A stretch of DNA of 64,000 nucleotides from Adineta vaga. Lineage: Eukaryota; Animalia; Rotifera. The translations under genes and the position numbers were made by a program. Under the pieces are notes generated by a model. It was not told where the DNA came from and made no database searches. It was given only the letters and a program-made list of their open reading frames with translations. Shown here piece by piece: positions 49,665-61,737 of the stretch. The stretch is taken from assembly GCA_021613535.1 (NCBI GenBank), contig CP075493.1:4154001-4218000 (forward strand). The letters are read 5' to 3'. The first letter of the stretch is position 1, and the number at the start of each line of letters is the position of its first letter.

Positions 49665-50653
49665 TATTCCAATTGAATCTTAGTCGATGTATTATCTATG
49701 TTAAAGAAAAGAAAAAGAAGAGAAGGATAGTATATGAATAGAATTGCGCGTGCTGACCGAATAGAACGCAAGGAAAAAAAAGGAAGAGTGAACTGTATGC
49801 TTGCATAAAAAAAGAATGAAGGAAGAAAAATGAATGTTCGCACTGTAATTCTGGTATAAACATTTAGACTATGGGTCAATGCACGTCTGGGTACAAGAAT
49901 AAATGACCAGTACTGACTATCAATCGTCTGTAACAATAGAAGTTGGCGACTTGAAAAAAATTGATTTTTATATAATAAGAACGATGAACTAAATTGAAGT
50001 ATTTACTACTGACGTCTCATTGAGAACATTCTTCGAATTTCGATGAAATTAATTTCTAGTGAAAAATTCTCTTTGAGAGTAAAATCGATCGTACTAGTTT
50101 ACTGATATCACATTAGAATCATATGTGAGCAGATAGAAAAGATCTAAAATACACGATCTTTCTTACTTTATCGTCTATTTAGGAAAATAGTTCATCTAAT
50201 TACTGTAAATTTTTATATTGTACTGAGTATAGAACGAATTTCTATTTAATTATTCGATGACTTTGATGACGCAGGCATTCAACAGAGTAGATTATAATGC
50301 ATAGACATCGAGAGTGAAAACAGTCCTTCAGACTCGCTGACCATCTGTTATAAAAAGAAGTTCAATTACGAACAGTTTGAAATCAAAGATGTTGTCAAAC
50401 ATGTTTATTAACTTTCATCGATTAATACCGAGGGGAAGCAATGCAAGAGAAATCTTTCAACTTATACTGAAGATTAAAATATTGCATTTCTGAGTTAACC
50501 TTTGGTAGGATGTGAATATTTTGTATATGTGAGTGACTGAAATGAATAATATTGTTTTTTAAAGCAAGTTCTTAAAAAATGGTTTTTATTCTCGTTAGAA
50601 ACTGTAACAAATGGATATTCATCAATGAAAACGAATGAAAATGCATGACATGT

Positions 50654-51119
50654 TTATTTCTGTTGTTGTTGTTGCTGTTGTTGAAGATGCATTTGAATAA
50701 TTCCAGTAATTTGTTGTCTTGTTAATAATTTGTCATATAAGACTTTTTGTAATTTATCAATTTCAACTTGAAGATAATCATGTTTACGTTTGAAATAATC
50801 TTGTGCCTTTTTTGGACGCATTTCAATGAAAAAACCTGTACCAATATCAACTAAAACATGATCAGGATCAGATAATCGACCAGGAACATACATTGATGAT
50901 GATAATGGTACAAGTAACGAATTATCTTGATTATTTGCTGGTAAACGTGATACTGATAACATAGATTCACCGAAACCTTCTTGAGCATATTGAAGACGTT
51001 GAATGGATGATTGTAACATTTCAATATCCGATTGTAGGAGTTCGAACTTGTTCGATTTGAGCCATGCTTAAACCAGCAGGTTGTTGATCACCTGAAGCGG
51101 ATGCTGTTGCAGTTGACAT
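50654..51119 (-). pseudogene. PFDN5: Prefoldin subunit 5 with a frameshift near the N-terminus (or an assembly error)
   Basis: 'LVPLSSSMYVPG.L.D...VLVDIGTGFFIE' alpha-prefoldin motif. The N-terminal frame from ATG 51119 (…LSMAQIEQVRT) is out of frame with 'LQSDIEMLQSSI' at 51038 and stops at TGA 51023-51021. Confidence 0.8.
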
Positions 51120-51614
51120 GATCGAGTGAGTGAGATCTAAAACTAAAAGAAAGTAAATCTATATGTGTGTCGTCAAGACATGTCTTCGTTCGTCGTCTTT
51201 TCTGTGTGTTTTTTTGTTCGATGAGAGGACAATCGATATAGCCAATTCGATGTAGTGATAATAAATAAAATAAGAATGTATTGTATGACAGTGACCTCTG
51301 TATGAACGTAAGACAAAACTTCTGAAAATGAATTAACATTTCGAGTCAGGTGTTATTAGTGAAAATACAACAGATGTGATCTGTCAGGAAGCTCTATGAG
51401 GAAAAATAGATGTCCAATGATTATCTCCGAAGTGGAATATAGATGTGTTTGAAGAAAAAGTTAAAGTAATGTTACTGGAATGAGAAGTTGTAACTTTATG
51501 CATGAGATTGAGTATTTCTAGGTATTTATTTATAAATTAAAAAAGCTATACTTGACTTATTCTTATGATTATGAATTATGAAATTTCATGAAATAAATTA
51601 AGAAAAAAGTTAAA

Positions 51615-51686
51615 TAGCAGCGAGTAGTTTCGATCTACCGACCTCTGAGTTATGAGCCCAGCACGCTTCCACTGCGCCACGCTGCT
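51615..51686 (-). tRNA. Initiator tRNA-Met(CAT)
   Basis: Reverse complement AGCAGCGTGGCGCAGTGGAAGCGTGCTGGGCTCATAACTCAGAGGTCGGTAGATCGAAACTACTCGCTGCTA: A1-U72 pair and ATCGAAA T-loop (A54/A60), as in eukaryotic initiators. Confidence 0.95.
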
Positions 51687-51876
51687 AACGATAATAATTT
51701 CATCATAAATCGGTTTTATTTGTCAATATACATACAAGATAAATTAATAAAAAGAAAAAGAAATTTCAAGAATGAATCACCCAATATATCAATGAATCAT
51801 CTAGTTACTGCATTCTCTCATGATATTTACTTAGAGGTATAATTTGAATTTAAATTGTTGAATAAAAAAAGGATTA

Positions 51877-51948
51877 CTCCGCGGCGGGGAATCGAACCCC
51901 GGTTTCCCGCGTGACAGGCGGGGATACTCACCACTATACTACCGCGGA
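51877..51948 (-). tRNA. tRNA-Asp(GTC)
   Basis: Reverse complement TCCGCGGTAGTATAGTGGTGAGTATCCCCGCCTGTCACGCGGGAAACCGGGGTTCGATTCCCCGCCGCGGAG; T-run terminator. Confidence 0.96.
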
Positions 51949-52365
51949 CGATACTTTTAATCCATATTCATCTTTACATCCAAATTCTAAAATAGTTCAC
52001 TTGTTTTGTTTCAGACGAATCCTACGATTTTGTCAATATTAGTATTGATACATGATCATAATAAAATTGTCAAATACATTGATTATCTAACCAGGCATCA
52101 GTCTGTATCTATTTCAAAAAAACTAATATTACTTCTTTCGTCATGACTTGTTTATCAAATACAGATTGGCATATTTTGACTAGGTAATACTTCTAGAATA
52201 AGAGAGAATATTATATTTTCATCAATCGAACGTGTTCATTCAATGGAATTTACCTTTCCAATGACGTACAGAGAAAAAAAATGTAGCAAGAATACAACAA
52301 AGATTACTTCATTCTTTTTATTGAATCTATTGAATAGGTCAACATAAAATCAAAAATCATAATAT

Positions 52366-53636
52366 ATGACTAAAGATAGACTCCGAGAGTTTAAAGACAA
52401 AGTGAGATCCATCTAGAATGATACTATTACAAATAGATCATTATTGTTTGTTTTAGGTTCGAGAATGTGACGATGGTGAAAGTATAAGTTTATTTCATTA
52501 TTTTACTATTTTGAATATGGAAGAACCATTTATGAGCGAATTTTTTGAGCGTGTAAGTATGATAAATAGTAAAATTCTCGATTACATTTGATTTTTAATT
52601 AGTTAAATATGGTTCGAGAAAATATTCAAAAAATTTCTGAACTTGTTGATCAAGTTGCACTTTTACAAAATATGTTGCTGGCTTCAAACATGACTCCTGG
52701 TATGTGACGTATTTTTTTATTATTGAAAAAGGCATAGTTAATATTCGTTTCATATAGGAATAAAAGAACAACTCGAAGACATTATGGTTCGAATCAAACA
52801 ATTAGGCAATGCTATTCGAATACAATTGAAACGTACAGAAAGATATTTATTTTTTTCTTCAAAATTTTAAAAACGATGTCTTCTCTATTAGAAATGAAAC
52901 ATGAACAAGAAATGGAATCTGTTCGAAGACGAAAAAATGTTCGTCAACGTATTATAGATGCACAAATTGATGCATGTACGAAATATTTTTGTGCAACAAT
53001 GAATCGATATTATGAATCTGTTGTTGCTTACCAAGAACGTTGTAAAGTTCGAATTGTTCGTCAATTAGGAATAGGTTTGATCAGATAAGTAAGAAGATCT
53101 AAATCTATTGTGAGACTCTTTTAGCTAATATCAAAAGAACGGATGAAGAAGTCGAAGAAATACTTCAAAAAGGACATTCAACTTTATTTCCCGAAGTAAG
53201 ATTGAAATGTTAAATTGCAATTCTAAGCAATTAATTTAGATCATTATTGAACTTCAAGATGCGCGACAACAATTCAATGATATGAAATCACGTCATAATG
53301 ATATTACTAGACTTGAAGATGATATTAAACAAATACGTGATGTATTTCTCGATTTAGCTTATATGGTTTACAATCAAGATGAACAGATTCATACCATCGA
53401 AGATGAACTCTCTTCTGTAGAAATTGATATTGAACAAATCAGTAAATTAACCTATTCAAAAAAAGATTCAAGTGTTATTTCAATCAAAGTAAAAGCAATA
53501 ATTTCTTCTAAACTACAATCGATTTATTCTTCTTCTTTTTAAGTTTTCTCGAAAGAAATATTTCTCACCAATGTTTGCATTACTCGCAAGAGTATTTTCA
53601 ACATGCTTATATTCAAGAAGATTATCATGCGTTTAA
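52366..53636 (+). CDS. Syntaxin-1-like Qa-SNARE, apparently lacking a TM anchor (~8 exons)
   Basis: N-peptide 'MTKDRL', Habc-like helices, 'YQERCK.RIVRQL', SNARE motif 'RHNDITRLEDDIKQIRDVFLDLAYMVYNQDEQIHTIE'. Predicted last exon ends '...RRLSCV*'. Confidence 0.8.
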
Positions 53637-53767
53637 CTTCGACAAAAATTTTCATATCCTAGAAATCAAATCGAATAAGATTTTCGAATCATAACTGTTT
53701 ACAGTTTTATTTTATATTTGAAAACAATAAATGAGGAGAAAAAAATGACATTCTTTTTGTTCAAAGT

Positions 53768-56491
53768 TTAAAATCTTTGCTGTTCTCGTAGATCTTCATA
53801 TTCTTTTGTTGAGATTATATTCACTGGTTGAGGTATATTCAATGATTGTTCAATAGAGGTTTTATTTCTATTCTTCCTTCCAATTAACATCATTTTCATA
53901 TCATTTTCATGTAAATCTCGAAGAAAATCTTTTCGTTGATAAATTAATGTAGGATTATTCAATAGAAAAAGAGCTAAATGCCAATTATGTTTTGCTTTTG
54001 ACAATCGTTTGGTTGGATAGAGATGATCGCGTAGGAGATGACTTACAAAACAAAGTAATACAGGATGACGATGTGCACACTCCATATGTATTAATCCACA
54101 ATAAGCATTAAAACCTGCGTCCATATTTTCTAATTTTCGTCCCAAAGGTGAATAATCTAATCGACACATGTAGAATAATCCGCCAACAACACTTTTCAAG
54201 ATACGAATAAAAGCAGCAAGGAAACCCAAAAATGTATCCAAAAAGAAATTAAAATAGAGAAAAACCATTAATGCTCGTCGATTATTAATCCTTAAAACTT
54301 CTCCTGCATGTTGTAGAAATACATATTGTCCTAAGAATTTGTTTATGTATAATTTAAAAGTCGTAAAAAGTAAAACAGGAATAATCCATTGAAGAACACT
54401 TTCAATAGCTCGAACACTACCATACGTAATCAATGCATCAATTGATATAAATACCATCACAGCAACAAATATGCTGAGAATGTAAGCAATGATTACATAA
54501 CCAATTAAATATCCGGCAAAATGAAAATTTCCAGTTGAATAACTCACATTCGACGATGGAGCATTATATGGTATTTCATGATAATCACCACGAAAAGCTT
54601 GAAGAAGATTTCGTCGAATACTTGCTAACATCAATAATAATTGTATGATAATAATTAGTAATGCAACATAGACACCGATGAGAAATGGTCGAACAAGATC
54701 AGGAATAGGAAAATCTGAAGGTAACCCTTCTTCATCCACTTCAACAGAATCACCTGCAGTCGTCATTTGAGCGAATAGATTCGCGAACAATTGAATATAT
54801 ACATGAGCTTTGTCAAGCAATGGTGGTCCACGAACAGAAATCTAGATGTATGTTGAGAGAAGAAATTCGAGAGAGAAAGTAAGCTTACCGTAACAGTAAG
54901 AAAGAATAGTAGAAGAAATATTGATGCATAGACACATACAACTCGAGACGAAAAACGAAAATCATCTCTCCATGAATAAATCGATCGTAAAATTCCACAA
55001 AAACGATTTTCAGATGGTTCCGTACGAATATATCCAAATAACTTCTTGACATAACGTGCTTCTGCTGAATATGGTAATGATGAATATAGAAGATCTTTTT
55101 GTTCACGTCTCATTTGTTTATCAGGAATATTCCGATGTCGAATTCGTTTAATCAATAACATAGGTAATTTAATACAAATATATGCCAAACATAAATATCG
55201 AGGAATATCAGGTAACAGTTGAAAGAATAATAATTTCGATCCTGTACCATAATACAACAAAATTTCAACCGTTTGATCACTAGGAGATCGATTAAATTGT
55301 TCTTCTGTTTGATACAAAGTATTCGTACATAATCCAGTCGATATAATCGATATACTAAAATCTAACCATGCATAGAGAGTAGCACAAATTAAAGTAAAAT
55401 AATTATCAATATAAACAGCAGCTAAAATCGGATAACGTCGAAAACCAATGACAAAAACGCGAAAGATTTGTAAAAGATAAGTAATGATAATACCTTTGAA
55501 ATTCAACGGATATTAGTTCGAAAGATATTCGCTAAGTTTTTAACAAACCTCTATTTGTCGATGATCTACCTCCAAGTAATAGTTCATTTGCGATATCTAA
55601 CAATTCATCAGCAAAGACAGCAAATATCACAGCTGCTAATGTTCGTTTGACATGACCCAGAAAATCTAATGGAATTGAAATACCGAAATAACCTTTACAA
55701 TATCCATTATGTCGTAATGATGTTCGTTTAGTTGTTATCATGAAAAGTAAAATTAATAGACAAGCAACTGGAAATGTCAAAAGATTAAATTCAGCTCGAA
55801 GATTAATAATTCTACAAAATGAATGTTTTTTGAAAAAGACCGATTGATTATTTTGAAATTTATAAATAACTTCATCATGAATAGGTTTTATAGTTCTCCA
55901 TTTGGCTACAAGAGCACCTGCAGTAAACAACAGAGTAGCAAAACCTGTAATCCATGAATATCTTCGACGAGATGGATCGAAAACAACAACAGAAACCTTT
56001 GGAAATTTTCGAGGCATGATTGAAACACTTTGCATGAATAAAGAAATAGAAAACATATAAAAATGAATTCGAAAATCAAACTTACGATTGATTGTTACTT
56101 GGTTGATTACGTCGTTTTTTAATCACCCGAAACAATAATATTCCATAAAAAAATGCTAACAATATTGCTACCATAGCACCTAATGCAATCACTTGTTTTC
56201 CACCATTTGTAACTATGATTTGATAGAAACGATGTTTTAATTTAGTTTAATACATGTATTGAAAAATTCTACATTCAGCTTACATTCATTACATGTCGTT
56301 CCATTCCACCAAAACTTGCATATACATATCTGTTCACCGTCATTCATATGTCGACAGTAACCATGTTGTCCACATGGATTATACACCGAGCAATCTTCAA
56401 TCAATTTATATAAACATCAACCAATATTATGGTGTCTAATCATTCTAATACTCACTTGTGTTGTTGGACATGATCGAGGTCGTAGTGACAT
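53768..56491 (-). CDS. STRA6/RBP-receptor family multipass membrane protein with N-terminal EGF module
   Basis: C-terminal STRA6 signature 'NNRR...YFNFFLD..LG...R...RLDYS...D.GF.AY.G....E..H.HPV...F' and 'W.LA..L.NNP.L...RK'. Exon at ~56290-56395 encodes 'CSVYNPCGQHGYC...C.CKFWWNGTTC'. Confidence 0.85.
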
Positions 56492-57155
56492 TGTCTTCTA
56501 ACGACAGATCCTCTGACATAGTGAATGATATTGTCTAATGTTTTCTATTTTCTTCATTACTTTAAATATCAATAGAAATATATATATGTACGATAATTTA
56601 ATCCTCAAACTTTTGTTGTTTTACATGATATTTGAGACTCATTCTTCTAGGCTAGTTTAAATACATCTCGCTTTCTGTTTTTCTTTCTTATGCATACACA
56701 CATATACATGACGACAACCGGAGCAATATTATGACGTAGTTTTTGCCAGATTTATAAAGAAAAATCGATTATTTCTTGACATGATGATAATATAAGAATA
56801 TTTTTTCATAACTAAGATCTTATCAAAAGATATCTTGAATTCCAATCACTAGTAAATATCTTCATATATTTAATTTACCGATATATTAAGAAATTATATT
56901 CAATGTGCAATAACAAATGATACTTGCAACAACAATAACAATGACAATGCATACGTACTTTGTATTATCTATGAAAGAACACGACGAATATCACCACAAA
57001 TAAACCGTTACTTGACTCTTTCTGTCGCTTTTTTTTTATTCGTTGTAAAGATAAGATAAAAAGTGTCTCAAGCCACAAGTAACCGACCAGTTCACAATAA
57101 AATAAAGTCTAAAGACATTTGAAGCATACTCATAGATCATCTTTTATCACGAAGA

Positions 57156-57958
57156 ATGAATAATAATGTAGAAAATCAATCGACTGATGTCGTTTTTGGC
57201 GATTTACCCACACGAACAGGCATGTTAGGTATGTGAATAAATTTCTTTTTATTAAAATATAGAAAATCAATTTGTTAATTCTAGAACATTTCAGTGTATA
57301 TTCCGATCGAAAGGTAGAAAATTTAATTGCTGATCAAGATGCTAATTCTATTATTGATCTATCCAATCAAAATTTGTTGGATTCATCCATGGCAAGTATT
57401 GTTAAATATGGTATTAAAGAGAAAGAATGTAGAATTCTTAATTTATGGGGAAATCGATTTACATCGAGAGGTCTTCTCGTTCTCGTAAATACATTATATG
57501 AAAATAAAACATTACGAGAATTAGATCTTTCACATAATCGTCTTGGTGATGATGGTATTGAAATTCTTGCCAAATTTCTTTCATTAAATAATTGTTCAAT
57601 TCGATATCTTGATCTTTCTTCGAATGGAATTACCGACGTAGGTGCTCAATATCTTGCTAATATGTTAACAAAAAATACTAGTTTAGAAAGTTTAACATTG
57701 AATAAGAATGAAATAGAAGATGGTGGTTTAATTTATATAGCAGAAGCATTGAAAACTCAAAATCAAAAACTTGTGGAATTAAGACTTGATGAGAATTTAT
57801 TTATAACACGTACTGGTGTTGAAAAGGTTTTGGAAGTTTTAAAAGATCAAACAGTATTAGGAAGTCTTCATGTTCAAAATTGTACAATTATTGGTGAACG
57901 ATCGAAAATATACTTAGAAAACGAATCATTGAGAACAGGATTTGATGTTTATGTTTAA
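57156..57958 (+). CDS. Small RI-like leucine-rich-repeat protein (2 exons)
   Basis: Repeats 'LRELDLSHNRLGDDG', 'IRYLDLSSNGITDVGAQYLA', 'LESLTLNKNEIEDGG'. Confidence 0.88.
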
Positions 57959-58159
57959 TGGACAAAAGAAAATTTCTTTTTTTATCTACTTGATCAAATA
58001 AAATTCTTTCATTTCGATATGAAAATGCAATTGAAATACTGATTGTTTTCTTTTTCTATAGTTAAAAAGTGTAGAAAGGATTCTTCCTTTGAAGTTGTCA
58101 GGCAGGAGCATTCGAATTATAAAACATCAATCAACAGCCATTAGCAACAGTTTTTGTAC

Positions 58160-58827
58160 ATCATTTCATCATCGAAAAGAATTTGTGAAAGGTTTCATTT
58201 GTAACAATTCAGTAAAGTCGAACTCGTTTTACTTACAATCTCAATTATATCTACAGGAACTGCTTTCACATTAGCAGGTGTTGGTATTGGCTCATCACAT
58301 TGGCAAACAACAACAGATACAACTAGCAATGAGCAAATATATATACCAATAGTATTGGTAATTTCTTTTATGCGTGTCGTTTAAATCAAACTGGTAATAT
58401 TCAATGTGGACAGCGAAGTAGTGATAATAATAATATACGATGTTATATGATAAATGCAACAGGAGATGCAAATACATGGAATTTTCATTTAAATTTTGCT
58501 GCTGGTCTTTCTACTATTGGTATTATCTTTATTTTTTCTGGAGGATTAATGACTTTGTTAATGGTCTTTGGTGATCATGAGCCATGGATATTTCTTATTG
58601 CACCTTCGTTTCTTTTTCTTGCTTGTCTTTTTATGCTTGCGGATTTGGCAGAAGGTTCACGTGTATTGAACTTTAATGATTATTCGGCTTATTTATATGA
58701 AACAGGACATGTTATAACGATATTTAGTTGTTTGATTAGTGCTTGGTTAGGTGGTCGTCTATTTGATCGTCCTATTAAAACTAAATCTGCAAAAAGATTA
58801 CAAAGACTAAAGACATCGAAGCAATGA
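58160..58827 (+). pseudogene. Disrupted claudin-like/tetraspan membrane gene
   Basis: TM1 frame 'FSKVELVLLTISIISTGTAFTLAGVGIGSSHWQ' is preceded by in-frame TAA (58202-58204) and has no ATG. A frameshift in the AT run 58337-58345 leads to 'GNFFYAC...C' and three further TMs ending at TGA 58827. Confidence 0.7.
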
Positions 58828-59404
58828 TGATTAGAAACAATTAACAGAAGACATAAATTTAGACTGGACGAAAATGTGAAGTATTTCAATTTTTTCAGTT
58901 TTTCCGAAGAAAGAAGGATTCCATATTTGCTAGTTAACTTATGGATAAGTAGGCGAAGAACTCAATGTAATACATATATAGTTCTATCTGATGTGTTTTA
59001 TTTTATTTGTATAACAAAAATTATATAAATGATAAGATATAAAGACGCCTGTCAAGTTCAAGTTAAAAATAAACTTCTGATAAATATATATACACAAAAA
59101 TAAATGAGTTTCATAGATGTGAATGCTGATTCTCGATTCTAATTAGATGTATCATTGCTATTTTTGACGGCACTTTTTCTGCACTATGTTGTGTACAAGT
59201 GAATAATTTTGCTCCGTATGTTCTTTTCTCTATTCGTTCTTTGACTATTTTCGACACACATGTTTAACCTAACATAAAAATAAAATATATGTATAGTCAT
59301 TTATAATGAATCAAACATTTATTGAAAAAATTGCTCTTCTGATCTATCCATTGCTAATAGGACGCAAATAAAAACAAATCAATAATAACAACACATTTAC
59401 CATT

Positions 59405-59899
59405 ATGCGTCTTTCATCTTTAGAAAACGAGAAACAATCATCTCGACGTTTGATACGTATTTCTCGTGATCGTGATTATCCATCGAATCATTTAGAAACT
59501 GTTCTATTACCATTATTTCATAAAGATTATACAGATGATAGTTTACGTGTAACTATTGAAAGTGCAAATCATATTTGGTGTGCATATGAAAATGGTACAT
59601 GTCTGGGCTGTGTATTAGCTACGGATATTGGTTCACATGGTGGATTGTATGTGATTTTATTTGGTGTTTCTCAATCAGTACAAGGTCTTGGAATTGGAAC
59701 ACGTATGCTACGGAAAATGATCAAATGGTGTCGGAAACGTCGACGTTCATTTATTTTTCTTATGACAGAATATACCAATGAACGAGCGATTCGATTGTAT
59801 GAAAAAGCTGGTTTTCAAAAAGAGTTTCGTCGTTCTTTTTATGATGAACCTTTACCCGAGTATGGACACGGCGTTCTTCCATTGATGTTATTGATATAA
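59405..59899 (+). CDS. GNAT family N-acetyltransferase
   Basis: Motif A 'V....QGLGIGTRML', motif B 'NERAIRLYEKAGF'; intronless. Confidence 0.88.
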   Translation: MRLSSLENEKQSSRRLIRISRDRDYPSNHLETVLLPLFHKDYTDDSLRVTIESANHIWCAYENGTCLGCVLATDIGSHGGLYVILFGVSQSVQGLGIGTRMLRKMIKWCRKRRRSFIFLMTEYTNERAIRLYEKAGFQKEFRRSFYDEPLPEYGHGVLPLMLLI

Positions 59900-60885
59900 A
59901 TAAAAAAAAGAAAATGATCCAATTATATTCTTATTTCTACTAAATGCATATGTTGAATGCAAGTATAAATATGAATAACATGTTCAGAGAAATCGATTGT
60001 TAAATGTTGTTTTGTTTTCAGTTATACTTCTTTTGATTTGATTATTTTTCTAGCAACACTTCATTTGAATGATAGATCGTTCCTTGTACATAGTTTATAA
60101 ATAGTAGATAGAATCGATTGATTTTTATCTTAGACAGAAGTGGAAAGTTAGAGATGCCACTTGATTTCTTTTTTTTTGCGATTGATGAAAATTGGAAGTT
60201 TCTTTGATCATTGAAATTGAATTCTTATTTCTACGGACTAACAATGGAGCAGTTTCAGAGCATATATTTACACTTTATAGAACTCTTCAAATATGAACTT
60301 TATATCTAGATTATAGTTCGTCACACAGTACAAAATAATTCTAAAATAAACTTCTATTATATAGATAGGAGTGATTATTCTTATTATTTCATCACAATCC
60401 TTTCACAATATGACACAAAAAATGATTATCTAATGCGTAATACATATATATAGATATCGACTCTATCGTCCTAGAAATGCAATAATCATATTTAAGCTAA
60501 TACCAGTAAACATATCATCATTGGTATTCGAAGGGTCTCTGCACTGCACTCCGACAATTTCTTGATGCAGATTCTTTTATGATCAACATATTCTCTCGTA
60601 AGACATATAGAATATTATTTATCAAAATTCTTTTCATTTTTGCTCGTTTAAATCAATGAAAGAATGACATTGATTTCATATTCTAGATATAGTTATAAAT
60701 AAAAAAAGGCGTGTTAATATTTCTATATAAATTGTTTAGTTACATCCCACCATATGTAATACTATTTAAAAATCAATGTTTTCTTTTAAATGTATCTGCT
60801 TTTCATCTTTAAAAATAACAAGCAACACTCTTTGTCTTCACTATTTGTAGAAAAAAAAATCCAGATATTTACTTTTAGTTTTACA

Positions 60886-61422
60886 ATGCAACAAGTCTTC
60901 ATTATCTTCGTAACATGTTACATGATCAGTATAGTTAATGGTTGTAGTCAATACTGTAATGCATTCAAAAATAAAGTCTACCAACTTAAAATAACCTTAC
61001 CCGATAAGGAACCATTTTATGCTCTCATGGATTTTCAAGATGAATGTAAAATACATGAATTTGATAACATTGCCAATGGTGGAAGTAAAGCCGAAATTGG
61101 TTTTGATCTTACATTAGGTACACATGTAGGTTTTTATGCATGTCATAGTCGAAAATATGTTCATATAACAACTAGTGGTTATATATATCAAACTCCTGAT
61201 GTACCAGAATTAGAAGATAATGGTGCAATTGCTGTTCATGATATAAAACTCAATTTCTCGAAAGATCGTAAAACATGTCATGGTTCAATGGAATTTGCAT
61301 TCTATGAAACTGGTTCTGATCCATTTGATTCAGATAACACAGCAAAATTATCAGTTAAAGATGCAAAAGTTACCTGTCAATTACTTCGATTCCGAGCTGC
61401 AGAACACAAAAATTACAGTTAA
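60886..61422 (+). CDS. Secreted beta-rich protein of unknown function
   Basis: ATG 60886 starts a signal peptide (MQQVFIIFVTCYMISIVNG); alternating beta-strand patterns; several Cys; intronless. Confidence 0.7.
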   Translation: MQQVFIIFVTCYMISIVNGCSQYCNAFKNKVYQLKITLPDKEPFYALMDFQDECKIHEFDNIANGGSKAEIGFDLTLGTHVGFYACHSRKYVHITTSGYIYQTPDVPELEDNGAIAVHDIKLNFSKDRKTCHGSMEFAFYETGSDPFDSDNTAKLSVKDAKVTCQLLRFRAAEHKNYS

Positions 61423-61737
61423 ACTAAACTGATAAATAATATTCATACTTTTCTTCCTCATTTTCATACTCACAAAATTAAAGATTTTTTTTCTTCTTCT
61501 AATAAACTATCTACTATGAAATCATCATCGAAATCTTGAGCAAACATATTTATTATAAAGTACCGAAAACTTAGTGACAATTAAAACAGAAGTGATTACA
61601 ATATCCGAATATCAATCATTTTTCTTGAATTTTATTTCTATTGAAAGAATGAAGAAAAAAAAAGAAACACAAACTTTGTTTAAAGTGCAATAAATAATCA
61701 AAAGTATTTAGAAAAAAAGAAGAGAAAAAATTTGATT

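Noticed and set aside
49664-50640. ORF 49664-49936 and coding-like patches at 50.2-50.5 kb
   Set aside because: No recognisable domain and interrupted by stops; probably UTR/promoter sequence or an unidentifiable remnant.
51035-51041. Programmed +1 ribosomal frameshift in PFDN5
   Set aside because: No known slippery motif or stop-adjacent shift site; alignment suggests a simple 2-nt deletion.
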